DNA from: Clostridia bacterium
GTDB taxonomy: Bacteria; Bacillota; Clostridia; Lutisporales; Lutisporaceae
Assembly: GCA_029256365.1 (NCBI GenBank)
Contig: JAQSYB010000002.1
Span: forward strand, 1 to 38,664
DNA length: 38,664 nt
Direction: 5' to 3'
Shown here piece by piece: positions 25,514 to 35,366 of the stretch. The notes beneath the pieces were generated by a model. It was not told the DNA's origin and ran no database searches. It saw nothing but the letters and a program-made list of their open reading frames with translations. Position numbers and translations under genes: made by a program. Every line of letters begins with the position of its first letter. Positions within the stretch are counted from its first letter, which is position 1.

Positions 25514-27466
25514 ATGGACGAGAATAAGATTCTCAAAGAACAGGTTCAAGAGCTAGATTTAGATGAAATTATAGCCAAGTATGACAAAGAATCTAATTTT
25601 AGAAAGCTTTCTGGCTTTCCACTTAAAATTGTAACATCACTAGCAATTATGTTTTCATTATTTCAATTATATACTGCAGTTTTTGGTGTATTGCCAGCTC
25701 AATTACAAAGGTCAATTCACCTTAGCTTTGCCTTTGTTTTGGCATACTTAATGTACCCAGGCAGCAAGAAAATGTCAAAGAATAAAATGCACTGGCTGGA
25801 TATTGGTTTGGCTGTTATCGCAGGACTAGTAGGACTTTATATTACCTTCAATTACAACGCACTTATTATGAGAGCCGGTGATCAAACACCAATCGACATA
25901 TTTGTTGCGATACTTGCCATTCTATTTGTACTAGAAGCAGCAAGAAGAGTAGTTGGATTGCCAATCGTTATTATAGCAAGTACATTCTTGCTTTATGCTA
26001 AAATTGGTCCATATTTACCTGGATTTTTAAATCACAGGGGTTATTCCATAGAGAGAATAGCAAGTCATATGTATTTCACAACTGAAGGTATACTAGGAAC
26101 GCCAATCGCAGTTTCCTCAACCTTCATATTCTTATTTATATTATTTGGAGCCTTCTTGGATAAGACTGGTATAGGCAAGTTTTTCATCGATCTTGCAAAT
26201 GCCATTGCCGGAAAAGCTGTAGGTGGTCCAGCAAAGGTTGCTGTACTAAGCAGCGCGTTGACTGGTACAATATCAGGCAGCTCCGTTGCAAACACTGTAG
26301 GAACAGGAAGCTTCACAATACCACTAATGAAGAGCTTAGGATATAAGCCAGAATTTGCCGGTGCCGTTGAGGCAGCCGCTTCTACTGGTGGACAGATCAT
26401 GCCTCCTATCATGGGAGCAGCAGCATTCTTAATGGCTGAGTTTATAGGTATACCATACAGCTCAATTGCTAAGGCAGCTATCATACCTGCATTGCTATAC
26501 TTTACTGGCATATGGATCATGATTGATCTTGAAGCAAGAAAGACTGGCATGAAAGGTCTTGATGAATCAAAGCTTCCAAAGCTTGCAAGAGTTTTAGCTG
26601 AGAGATGGTATCTGATCACACCTATATTTGTAATCGTATATATGCTAATGAGCGGTACTACACCAATTAAGGCTGCTCTTTATGGAATTTTGTCAGCAGT
26701 AATTGTTGGCATGTTTAGAAGAGAAACAAGAATGAACTTTAGAACATTGCTCGAAACACTTGAGATGGGTGCTAAGGGTGCATTGGGTGTTGCTATTGCC
26801 TGCGCTTGTGCTGGTATCATAGTAGGTACTGTAACACTTACTGGATTAGGTCTTAAGATGGGGAATGGACTTGTTGAATTGGCTGGAGGATACTTACTAC
26901 CAACACTAGCATTAACAATGATATCTTCTATCATACTTGGTATGGGTGCTCCAACAACAGCGAACTACATTATAACATCCACAATAGCAGCACCAGCGCT
27001 ATTAAAATTGGGTGTAAATCCATTGACAGCCCATATGTTTGTTTTCTATTTTGGTATCATAGCTGATATCACACCACCTGTTGCTCTTGCAGCCTTTGCG
27101 GGATCAGCAATTGCGAAGGCGGATCCGATAAAGACGGCCTTTAATGCCAGTAAGCTTGCGATAGCGGCATTCTTAATACCTTATATGTTTGTAATCAATC
27201 CACAGTTGCTGCTTATCGATACAACTGGGCTTGAAATAGTACAAATAACAATTACATCCCTTATTGGTATGTTGGGTATAGGTATCGCAATGCAAGGATA
27301 TATTTTAGGAAAAGTAAATGTAATCCTAAGAGTAATATTCATGCTTGGTGGACTTGCACTGATTGACCCAGGTTTGTATACTGACATTATTGGTATCACT
27401 GCAATCAGTTTAGGTATACTATTCCAATGGTTTAAGTATAGAAGACCATCAGCAAAGGTGAGCTAA
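25514..27466 (+). CDS. TRAP transporter fused 4TM/12TM permease (TAXI-type)
   Basis: About 650 aa and highly hydrophobic. ATG 25514 with GAGGAGGG at 25501-25508 (the track starts at 25499). Confidence 0.88.
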   Translation: MDENKILKEQVQELDLDEIIAKYDKESNFRKLSGFPLKIVTSLAIMFSLFQLYTAVFGVLPAQLQRSIHLSFAFVLAYLMYPGSKKMSKNKMHWLDIGLAVIAGLVGLYITFNYNALIMRAGDQTPIDIFVAILAILFVLEAARRVVGLPIVIIASTFLLYAKIGPYLPGFLNHRGYSIERIASHMYFTTEGILGTPIAVSSTFIFLFILFGAFLDKTGIGKFFIDLANAIAGKAVGGPAKVAVLSSALTGTISGSSVANTVGTGSFTIPLMKSLGYKPEFAGAVEAAASTGGQIMPPIMGAAAFLMAEFIGIPYSSIAKAAIIPALLYFTGIWIMIDLEARKTGMKGLDESKLPKLARVLAERWYLITPIFVIVYMLMSGTTPIKAALYGILSAVIVGMFRRETRMNFRTLLETLEMGAKGALGVAIACACAGIIVGTVTLTGLGLKMGNGLVELAGGYLLPTLALTMISSIILGMGAPTTANYIITSTIAAPALLKLGVNPLTAHMFVFYFGIIADITPPVALAAFAGSAIAKADPIKTAFNASKLAIAAFLIPYMFVINPQLLLIDTTGLEIVQITITSLIGMLGIGIAMQGYILGKVNVILRVIFMLGGLALIDPGLYTDIIGITAISLGILFQWFKYRRPSAKVS

Positions 27467-27575
27467 TATTCCAAAGGAATCTTTATAATTAAATTTAGTT
27501 ATGTTAATATTGTAATATTAAAGAATAATACAATGATTGAGATATAAAGAATAACTTCGAGACAAAGCAGGTGAA

Positions 27576-29075
27576 ATGATGGTTAAAAATATAATTGTAT
27601 TTATTTTAGCATGTACCATGCTTACATCCTGTTCCTACAAGCCGATAGAAAAGGAAGCTATGCCTTCTGAGAGTGTTGTTTCTAAGGAAAACACGAATCT
27701 GCAAGGAACAAATTTTGAAAACTTACAGCTGCCAGATAATTATAATATCAAACAATTTGAAGGTATGACATTAAATTTCATTGTAGAGAATAATTTGTAT
27801 GCCAGTATTCTTTCTCATGAAAGTGAAGAGTTTTCTGAAATAACAGGGATTAATGTGAAGATTCGATCCGTTGATTTTGACACATTGGTTCAAAAAGTGA
27901 ACTTGGATTTTATAGGACAGGCGGGAGAGTATCAACTGATTTATGTAGATCCTTATCAAACCCTAAATAGATTCTATCCGTATTTAGAGATATTGAATCC
28001 TTATAATAAAAATGCAAATTTACCACAAATCAAAGGTTTTCCAGAAGATTTTTTTGAAAATCAAACTGCTGTATGCTCCTATTTTGAGGATGATAAAGAT
28101 GTTTATACTGTTCCTTTTGACAGTACAACAATGATTTTATATTATAGGAAAGATATATTTGATAAATATAGAGACCGTTTTTACTTGGAGAAAGGCTATG
28201 ATTGGACTCCGGGTACTAGTGAATTCACATGGGAGAGATATTATGAAGCCGCAAAGTGGATTGATGAAAATGTTCCCAATCATGAAGTGGAATATGGCAG
28301 CGGGCTTATGGCACAGCAGCATAACTCCATATTCTGTGAATTTTCAAATATACTAGCTTCCTATGGGGGAGATTATTTTCTAGATGAAAAGGTCAATACC
28401 TTGGGAATAAAGACCTTTGAGCAGATTCATGTATTAGATGAGAATTTTATACAAGCAGCAGATATGTATAAAAAGATTGCAGGTGTTTCTGCGCCTCAAA
28501 GTGTGAATTGGAATTGGACGGATTTGGCTAGAGTTTTTCGCGATGGGGACATTGCAATGATGGCAAATTGGGATGAAAATTACACCTATGTTGAGGATCC
28601 AGTGAATTCAAAGGTAGCTGGCAATGTAGGATATGCTATATTGCCCTACGGGGATGTAAGAAGTGCGAACATCTATGGCGGCTCAGGTATTGGTATTAAT
28701 AAATATGCGACGGAAAGTGAGAAGCAGGCAGCATGGCTGTATATCGTTTGGGCAACATCAAAGGATATGCAATTAAAAGTACTGAAGCACCCAGAGGGTG
28801 GAAGCCTGCCAACTAGAAAATCGGCATATGAAGACCCCTATATTTTGAATCAAATAAACCAATCCGATGAGAATCTTCAATTAAAACATATGAAGGCAGT
28901 GTTAAATGCATGGGAAACAGATCATATTTATTTGCGGCCAAAGCTTTCTAACTTCTATGAAGTGGAAAAGGTTCTTATCAGTAATTTGCACAATATGATT
29001 GTAAATAATTTAGATAGTATAGATACAAGTCAGAAGATATATGACGAATTAGAACGCATCAAAATAGATGAATAA
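27576..29075 (+). CDS. Extracellular solute-binding lipoprotein (family 1), probable sensor partner of the downstream kinase
   Basis: Lipobox LTSC. 499 aa. No permease gene adjacent. Immediately followed by YesM/YesN-type genes. Confidence 0.8.
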   Translation: MMVKNIIVFILACTMLTSCSYKPIEKEAMPSESVVSKENTNLQGTNFENLQLPDNYNIKQFEGMTLNFIVENNLYASILSHESEEFSEITGINVKIRSVDFDTLVQKVNLDFIGQAGEYQLIYVDPYQTLNRFYPYLEILNPYNKNANLPQIKGFPEDFFENQTAVCSYFEDDKDVYTVPFDSTTMILYYRKDIFDKYRDRFYLEKGYDWTPGTSEFTWERYYEAAKWIDENVPNHEVEYGSGLMAQQHNSIFCEFSNILASYGGDYFLDEKVNTLGIKTFEQIHVLDENFIQAADMYKKIAGVSAPQSVNWNWTDLARVFRDGDIAMMANWDENYTYVEDPVNSKVAGNVGYAILPYGDVRSANIYGGSGIGINKYATESEKQAAWLYIVWATSKDMQLKVLKHPEGGSLPTRKSAYEDPYILNQINQSDENLQLKHMKAVLNAWETDHIYLRPKLSNFYEVEKVLISNLHNMIVNNLDSIDTSQKIYDELERIKIDE

Positions 29076-29085
29076 AATGAACACA

Positions 29086-29167
29086 CACAGCCGGCTAACT
29101 ATATGTAATTTTTTGCTCTACGTCAGCTCTGCATCCTGAGCAAAAACATATAGTAACCCTTGCTGTG
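29086..29167 (+). other. Long imperfect intercistronic stem-loop (about 82 nt)
   Basis: Three helices: 29110-29118 with 29138-29146 (9 bp), 29098-29105 with 29147-29154 (8 bp), and 29086-29091 with 29162-29167 (6 bp). 19-nt apical loop. No T-run. The kinase RBS starts at 29172. Confidence 0.6.
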
Positions 29168-29187
29168 CGTTTAGGAGGAGTAAATAA

Positions 29188-30930
29188 GTGAAAACGAAAG
29201 TATATAATTCGCTGCGTGTGAAGCTTGGCATTTTGGCAATCGTTTTAATCGCGATTCCAATAATCGTTATTTCATTTACTTATTCCCGTACTGTAAAAGA
29301 GATTATTAAGAATAAGTATACAGAATCAGCCATTCAATCGGTATATGAAACTGGGGAGAAATTGGACTTTGTATTAAAGGATGTGCAAGAATTCTCTACT
29401 GTGATCATTTCGAATAATGAATTGTTGGAAATGTTAAACAAAGAGGCAGCCTTTAAAACTGAGGATTTTAATCGAGTATTAAGAGGATTTATTACGTCAA
29501 GAGACGATATTGAAGTGATTGATTTGGTTTTGGAGGATGCCTACTCCTATTACTCAGTTGGTGCAAAAAAAATAAGTAGAATGCAGCGTCTAAACGAGAA
29601 TCTGAGGGAGTCTTCAGGACAACCTTTGTGGCTGCCGACAAATATGGAAGAAATAGAAATTCTATCAGGGAAATTTAAAAAAAATTACTTCACCCTTGCT
29701 CGAAAAATTGTGGATTTTAACACACTTGAGAATTATGGCTTTTTAATGATAGATTTGGAGGAGGTATTGTTAGAACAAGCATATTCAGGACTCCTTGACC
29801 ATGAAGATGCAGAGGTGTTTATATGTGACAGCCAAGGCTACATTATCAGTCATCCTGATAAAACGAAAATTGGAAGTACAATCCAGGAGGAACCCTACGC
29901 AAAAGAGGTACTAGCTGATCGTTTCGGTCATAGCTATGTTCAATACAATACCAGTATAGGTAAGGTTGCAATATACTCTACAATTGAGGTGAATGGTTGG
30001 AAGCTGATCAAGACAATCTCAACAGATTATTTGTATGAAGAGATTAATCGAATGCAGAAATACTTTATCGTTGGAGGCATTATATATGGGCTTGTAATCA
30101 TATTGTATATGCTGTTTTTCTCAATTCGGTATACTGAGCCTATGATGAGAATGATGAGTGTGATTAAAAGGGTTGAACAAGGAGACCTAAAAGCAAGAAC
30201 GGAGATTCAGTCCAATGATGAAGTTGGGCAGCTGGGGCATAGCCTAAACAATATGATTTCAGAGATGGAAAATCTGATTGATAAATTGGTTAGAGAAGAG
30301 CAAGAGAAAAAGGAAGTGGAGCTGGAAGCACTTCATGCTCAAATCAATCCTCATTTTCTTTATAATACATTAAACACTATCAAATGGATGGCAAAAATCC
30401 AAGGGAATAACAGCATAAGCAAAGCCATAACTGCACTTGTAAAGCTTCTTAGAATCAGTACAAATTTGGGTAGAGATATGATTTCTCTAGAGGAAGAAAT
30501 TGATTATGTGAAGAATTACATTGTCATTCAAAAACTGCGCTTTAGTAAATCCATCAATATTGTTTATCAAATAGATGAAAATTGCATGAAGCTATCAGTG
30601 CCGAAATTGATTTTACAGCCAATTGTTGAGAATTCCTTTATTTACGGTATGGAAGATGAACATCATGAGTTAAATATTGAGCTAAAAGCCTATATACGGG
30701 AAAATAGGTTAATGATAGAGGTTCGCGATGATGGACCAGGCATTGAAGAAGCGGTATTGAAGAATATCTTAACAAATGCTACAGATAAGGCTAGATTTAG
30801 TAAGGTGGGTTTGAATAATGTCAATCAAAGGATTAAGATTTATTGTGGCAATGAGTATGGATTGCAAATTGAGACTGAACTTGGAATTGGAACGATTGTA
30901 ATCGTAACCTTACCCATAAATCCGATGTAG
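29188..30930 (+). CDS. yesM: Sensor histidine kinase, YesM-like (two TM, extracellular Cache-like domain, HAMP, His_kinase, HATPase)
   Basis: GTG start with TAGGAGGAG upstream. HAMP segment, HAQINPHFLYNTLN phospho-acceptor box and a C-terminal GHKL domain. Confidence 0.85.
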   Translation: MKTKVYNSLRVKLGILAIVLIAIPIIVISFTYSRTVKEIIKNKYTESAIQSVYETGEKLDFVLKDVQEFSTVIISNNELLEMLNKEAAFKTEDFNRVLRGFITSRDDIEVIDLVLEDAYSYYSVGAKKISRMQRLNENLRESSGQPLWLPTNMEEIEILSGKFKKNYFTLARKIVDFNTLENYGFLMIDLEEVLLEQAYSGLLDHEDAEVFICDSQGYIISHPDKTKIGSTIQEEPYAKEVLADRFGHSYVQYNTSIGKVAIYSTIEVNGWKLIKTISTDYLYEEINRMQKYFIVGGIIYGLVIILYMLFFSIRYTEPMMRMMSVIKRVEQGDLKARTEIQSNDEVGQLGHSLNNMISEMENLIDKLVREEQEKKEVELEALHAQINPHFLYNTLNTIKWMAKIQGNNSISKAITALVKLLRISTNLGRDMISLEEEIDYVKNYIVIQKLRFSKSINIVYQIDENCMKLSVPKLILQPIVENSFIYGMEDEHHELNIELKAYIRENRLMIEVRDDGPGIEEAVLKNILTNATDKARFSKVGLNNVNQRIKIYCGNEYGLQIETELGIGTIVIVTLPINPM

Positions 30931-30962
30931 AGGTTAATTTTTCAAGGAGATTGAGGTGCTTT

Positions 30963-32591
30963 ATGTATAAGGTTCTAATTGTAGACGATGAATTGCTGGT
31001 CAGAGTTGGACTTAAAACGACAATCGATTGGGAAGCAAATGGCTTCAAGGTTGTTGCGGAAGCATCCAATGGAGAGCAAGGCTTTGATCAGTACAAAAAA
31101 CATATGCCTGATGTGATTATCACGGATATCAAAATGCCCAAAAAAGATGGACTTTGGTTGGTAGAGGAAATAAGAAAAGAAAATCATCACGCCAAAATAT
31201 TGGTTTTGACATGCTACGATGAGTTTTCATATGCCAGAAGAGCATTAAAAATTGGTGCAGATGACTATATTTTAAAATCAGAAATTGAGGACGAAGAACT
31301 TGTTGCAATTATGCGATCCATAAAAAAGAAGATGGATTTGGATAATAAGACCAGAAATATGAAAGATAAGGTGCTGACAAGTAGAAATGATATCAAGAGA
31401 TCCATATTTACTGATATGATTAAGTCGGGTTTTCATATTGATGCCAATCTCTCAGAACGATGTGCAGGCATTGAATTCCCGTTGATCAACACAAGATTTG
31501 CATTTGCTAGTATCGCTATAAACGATACCCTAGATGAATTGCATATGGACTCAGGGCAGTTGAAGCAAAGGAATCACGTTGTACGTAATATTCTACTGGA
31601 CCTATTTGCAGAACGAACCTTTGACTATGTATACAGCCATCAGACCAAGAGATATATATTCTTTTTATCATCTCCTATGCTGAATGAAACAGAATTGAAA
31701 AAAATGTTTGCTGCGGCAATGAATTCTGTAAAGCAGTATTTCGATTGCTCCTTGAATGTTGTATATACAGATGTATTTGATCATTTACAAGATGCCTTAG
31801 GGGTATATAAGACTTTTATAGAGAAGTCCCAGATATTATTCTATAAGAATGAGAAATCGTTCTATATATCCGATATGCACAGCATAAGCTTTGGTGAGCC
31901 CAAGGTCTTTCACCTAGAAAAGGAATATAATAAGCAGTTCATTGAAGCCATAGGACAAGAAAGTCTCGAAAGAATGAAGGAGCTCATCCGTGAAGTCGGC
32001 CGTTATTTTGAGGATAACAATGTAAACCCAATGATAGTAAAAATTTTCATTTCAGAATTAATTGGAAATATTTTTAGCAGCTATGGTCTTTTTTTAGAAA
32101 ACAACGTTCAGATTAAAAACAATGAGCAATATCATCAACAGATTCAAATTTCAGAGAATCTGAGGGGTGTTATGAACTTGCTGCTTGATTTCACAAGCAA
32201 AGTCATAGGTGTTATACAGCAAATGAGATATACCAATTCAAAATTGTTAATCAATAGAGCACTGAATTATATTGACTACCACTATGATGAAAAAATATCC
32301 TTGGATGATGTAGCGCAGAATATTCATCTGTCAAAGCATTACCTGTGCAATGCCTTTAAAAAGGCCACCGGTGAGAATATGTCATTATACATCAACAAGC
32401 TTAGGATAGAAAAGGCAAAGAGATTGCTGTTGGAATCCGACGGTAAGATAAAAGAAATCTTTGAAGAAGTCGGATATTCAAACCAACAATATTTTAGCAA
32501 GGTATTTAAAAGAATCACTGGAATGACTGTAATGGAATATAAAGAAAGTATGTCACCCAAGATAAAAGTGAAAACAAAGGAACCTTCCTAA
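30963..32591 (+). CDS. yesN: Response regulator, REC + AraC-type HTH (YesN-like)
   Basis: MYKVLIVDDE...DVIITDIKMPKKDG...K receiver domain and a C-terminal AraC double HTH (LSKHYLCNAFKK...GYSNQQYFSKVFKRITGMT). ATG 30963 preferred. Confidence 0.88.
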   Translation: MYKVLIVDDELLVRVGLKTTIDWEANGFKVVAEASNGEQGFDQYKKHMPDVIITDIKMPKKDGLWLVEEIRKENHHAKILVLTCYDEFSYARRALKIGADDYILKSEIEDEELVAIMRSIKKKMDLDNKTRNMKDKVLTSRNDIKRSIFTDMIKSGFHIDANLSERCAGIEFPLINTRFAFASIAINDTLDELHMDSGQLKQRNHVVRNILLDLFAERTFDYVYSHQTKRYIFFLSSPMLNETELKKMFAAAMNSVKQYFDCSLNVVYTDVFDHLQDALGVYKTFIEKSQILFYKNEKSFYISDMHSISFGEPKVFHLEKEYNKQFIEAIGQESLERMKELIREVGRYFEDNNVNPMIVKIFISELIGNIFSSYGLFLENNVQIKNNEQYHQQIQISENLRGVMNLLLDFTSKVIGVIQQMRYTNSKLLINRALNYIDYHYDEKISLDDVAQNIHLSKHYLCNAFKKATGENMSLYINKLRIEKAKRLLLESDGKIKEIFEEVGYSNQQYFSKVFKRITGMTVMEYKESMSPKIKVKTKEPS

Positions 32592-32611
32592 GAGGAAGGT
32601 TCCTTTGTTTT
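32575..32611 (+). terminator. Rho-independent terminator of the sensor operon
   Basis: 14-bp perfect stem caaaggaaccttcc / ggaaggttcctttg. The 5-nt loop contains the TAA stop. Followed by TTTT. Confidence 0.8.
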
Positions 32612-32624
32612 CTGCGGAATTCTT

Positions 32625-32663
32625 AATATAGTGCACAACAATAGCAATATAGTACAAAAATAG
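32625..32663 (+). promoter_or_regulatory. Two phased direct repeats AATATAGTRCA-AA...AATAG (candidate YesN-type regulator boxes)
   Basis: aatatagtgcacaacaatag starts at 32625 and aatatagtacaaaaatag at 32646, 21 bp start to start. A third aatatag core lies at 32717-32723. All are upstream of the ABC ATPase gene. Confidence 0.45.
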
Positions 32664-32815
32664 GAGGTTTGCCCTAAGCTTTTGTCGCATAGAGCAAAAT
32701 TTTACTCTAGTAAAATAATATAGAATATTTCATTTATTTCTGATATTAACTATCATTGAGATAACAGAAACAAGGTACACAAACAAAAAACTGATAAAAG
32801 GAGAATCTATAAGCT

Positions 32816-34315
32816 ATGAATCTGGATATAAAATTAAGAGTGTCTAATATTGAAAAATTTTTTCCAGGTGTTAAGGCATTAGATAAGATAAATTTCGCAG
32901 TAAAAAAGGGAACAGTTCATGTTTTATGCGGAGAAAATGGTGCTGGAAAATCTACCCTAATGAAAGTGATTAATGGGATTTACAAGCAGGATGCAGGTCA
33001 AGTACTAATCGATGAAAAGGTTGTAGATATTAAAAATCCTATTGAAGCTAGAAGTCATGGTATATCTATGATATTTCAAGAGCTGAACTATATGCCTGAA
33101 ATGACCATTGAAGAAAGCCTTTTTGTAGGCAATTGGCCTAGGGACAAATTTGGCCAGGTTGATTGGAAGGAAATAAGAAAGCGTACGCTGCAATTGTTGG
33201 AGAAGGAGAATCTCAGCTATTCGCCTGAGACAAAACTCAAGGATCTAACTGTTTCAGATATACAAATGCTGGAGATTTTAAAAGCCATTTCATATAACTC
33301 AGATATTATCATTATGGATGAACCAACATCAGCGATTACTCAGAAGGAAGTTGAGGTTCTTTTTAAGAAAATCATCGAACTGAAAGAGCGTGGGGCATGC
33401 ATCATATATATATCACACAAAATGGATGAAATATTTCGAATTGCAGATGAAATAACTGTATTTAGAGACGGCTGTGTTGTGGATTCAAGGCCCATAGCAG
33501 ATTACGACATGGAAACCGTGATTACACAGATGGTTGGTAGAAAACTAGAAAGTGTTTTCCAGAAGGAAGACATTGCCATCGGTGAGCAAGCACTGCAGGT
33601 AAAAGGACTAACAAGTGCGGGCAAATTTAAAAATGTTAGCTTTGAAGTCAGCCAAGGTGAAATAATCGGTTTTGCAGGACTTATGGGTGCTGGTAGAACA
33701 GAGGTTATGCGTGGGTTGTTTGGACTGGATGAATATCAAGGCGGAGAAGTAACGATTAGAGGAAAAAAGGTTCATATCAAAAACGTTAGGGACAGCATAG
33801 GGCATAAGATGGTTATGCTCTCGGAAGATAGAAGACGATTTGGAATCATTCCGGTAAGAAGTGTAAGAGAAAATGTTTCCCTGTCCAGCTTGAAAAAATT
33901 CATCTATAAGGGAAGACTGCACGCAGAGGAAGAAAATCAAGTTGTTGAAGACTTATGCAAGAAAATGAATGTAAAGACACCATCCTATGAAACCTCCATT
34001 GAATCACTAAGTGGAGGCAATCAACAAAAGGTGATATTGGCCAAATGGATGGCAACGAATCCAGATATATTAATTTTAGATGAACCTACTCGCGGGATTG
34101 ATGTAGGGGCGAAGCATGAAATATATAAGCTTATGACAATGCTAGCCAAACAAGGAAAGGCAGTAATCATGGTTTCTTCTGAATTACCAGAACTAATCAT
34201 GATGTGTGACAAGATCTATGTCATGGCAAAAGGTGAAGTGACAGGAATGTTGACAAGAGACGAATTCACCCAAGAGAAAATCATGGCATATGCAACTGCA
34301 ACGATCACTCAATAG
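32816..34315 (+). CDS. Sugar ABC transporter ATPase with duplicated NBDs (RbsA/MglA-like)
   Basis: Two Walker A sites (GENGAGKST and GLMGAGRT) and two signature/Walker B sets (LSGGNQQK, ILDEPTRGIDV). Confidence 0.9.
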   Translation: MNLDIKLRVSNIEKFFPGVKALDKINFAVKKGTVHVLCGENGAGKSTLMKVINGIYKQDAGQVLIDEKVVDIKNPIEARSHGISMIFQELNYMPEMTIEESLFVGNWPRDKFGQVDWKEIRKRTLQLLEKENLSYSPETKLKDLTVSDIQMLEILKAISYNSDIIIMDEPTSAITQKEVEVLFKKIIELKERGACIIYISHKMDEIFRIADEITVFRDGCVVDSRPIADYDMETVITQMVGRKLESVFQKEDIAIGEQALQVKGLTSAGKFKNVSFEVSQGEIIGFAGLMGAGRTEVMRGLFGLDEYQGGEVTIRGKKVHIKNVRDSIGHKMVMLSEDRRRFGIIPVRSVRENVSLSSLKKFIYKGRLHAEEENQVVEDLCKKMNVKTPSYETSIESLSGGNQQKVILAKWMATNPDILILDEPTRGIDVGAKHEIYKLMTMLAKQGKAVIMVSSELPELIMMCDKIYVMAKGEVTGMLTRDEFTQEKIMAYATATITQ

Positions 34316-34329
34316 GGGGAGAAAATAAT

Positions 34330-35313
34330 ATGAACGCAGTGAATAAGGACAAATTGTGGACTAATCTAAAAAGTAAATACAGTATCTACATGGTATTGCT
34401 TGCACTTTTTATCATTAGCTGGATGGCAAATGAGAACTTTGTGTCAGCAGAAAACTTAAAGAACATATCGACACAGATTTCAGTTGGTACAATTCTGGCT
34501 TTTGGCCAAACCATTTTGATTATCTGTGGAATGCTGGATTTATCATCTGCTTCTGTACTAGCTTTGGCTGGTGTGCTATCGGTATCAGTTTATAAAATGA
34601 CTGGATCATTGACCATAGCATTTGCAGTAGCAATCATAGTTGGAGTACTGTGCAACATATTAAATGGACTAATGGTTACAAAGTTTAAAGCACCACCATT
34701 TATTGCAACCCTTGCGATGATGACAATGGCTCGTGGTGCTGCACTGATGTATACAAATGGACAAAATATCTACCAAATTGGTGGTTATACAGTATTTGGC
34801 CAAGGAAGAATCTTCGGAATGCCAGCACCAATTATCTTTATGATTGGATTATTGATCATTACGTGGTATATCCTGAAGCATACAGTATTTGGAAGATCTG
34901 TATATGCAATTGGCGGCAATGAAGAAGCTGCAAATGCATCAGGTATTAACGTCGATAAGATAAAGATGCGCGCTTTCATCATCAACGGTATATTCGTTGG
35001 TATCGCCGGTGTGCTATTCATGTCCCGTATCAATGGGGGAATGCCCAACGGTGCAATCGGTTATGAATTCAAAGCACTTACGGCTGCCGTCATTGGCGGA
35101 ACGAGCTTTACAGGCGGAATTGGAACGGCATCAGGCACCTTAGCCGGTGCGTTCATCGTAGGATTTTTAGACAACATTATGGTACTGGTAGGTGTGAATT
35201 CTTACCTCCAGCAGATTGTACGTGGTGCAATCATTGCCCTTGCTGTTATTTATGACATATGGGCAAAAACAAAGAAAAGAAAACCCAAGCTTGCAAGCAT
35301 TGAAGCAAAATAG
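34330..35313 (+). CDS. Sugar ABC permease (RbsC-like, BPD_transp_2)
   Basis: 327 aa with about 9-10 TM segments. Typical motifs: FGRSVYAIGGNEEAA and GGTSFTGGIGT. Confidence 0.88.
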   Translation: MNAVNKDKLWTNLKSKYSIYMVLLALFIISWMANENFVSAENLKNISTQISVGTILAFGQTILIICGMLDLSSASVLALAGVLSVSVYKMTGSLTIAFAVAIIVGVLCNILNGLMVTKFKAPPFIATLAMMTMARGAALMYTNGQNIYQIGGYTVFGQGRIFGMPAPIIFMIGLLIITWYILKHTVFGRSVYAIGGNEEAANASGINVDKIKMRAFIINGIFVGIAGVLFMSRINGGMPNGAIGYEFKALTAAVIGGTSFTGGIGTASGTLAGAFIVGFLDNIMVLVGVNSYLQQIVRGAIIALAVIYDIWAKTKKRKPKLASIEAK

Positions 35314-35366
35314 TCTATAATAGAGCAATCTATTTAGATAAATCAAAAATTTAAGGGGGAAGTAAA

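Noticed and set aside
26065-26619. 184-aa minus-strand ORF
   Set aside because: It is antisense to the TRAP fused permease and mirrors its hydrophobic, Ala/Gly-rich codons. It has no independent signals.
32592-32815. CcpA cre sites (TGWAANCGNTNWCA-like) upstream of the sugar operons. I also checked 3316-3444, 27467-27575 and 36360-36532.
   Set aside because: No convincing match was seen by eye. The nearest candidate, tgtcgcatagagca, misses several core positions.
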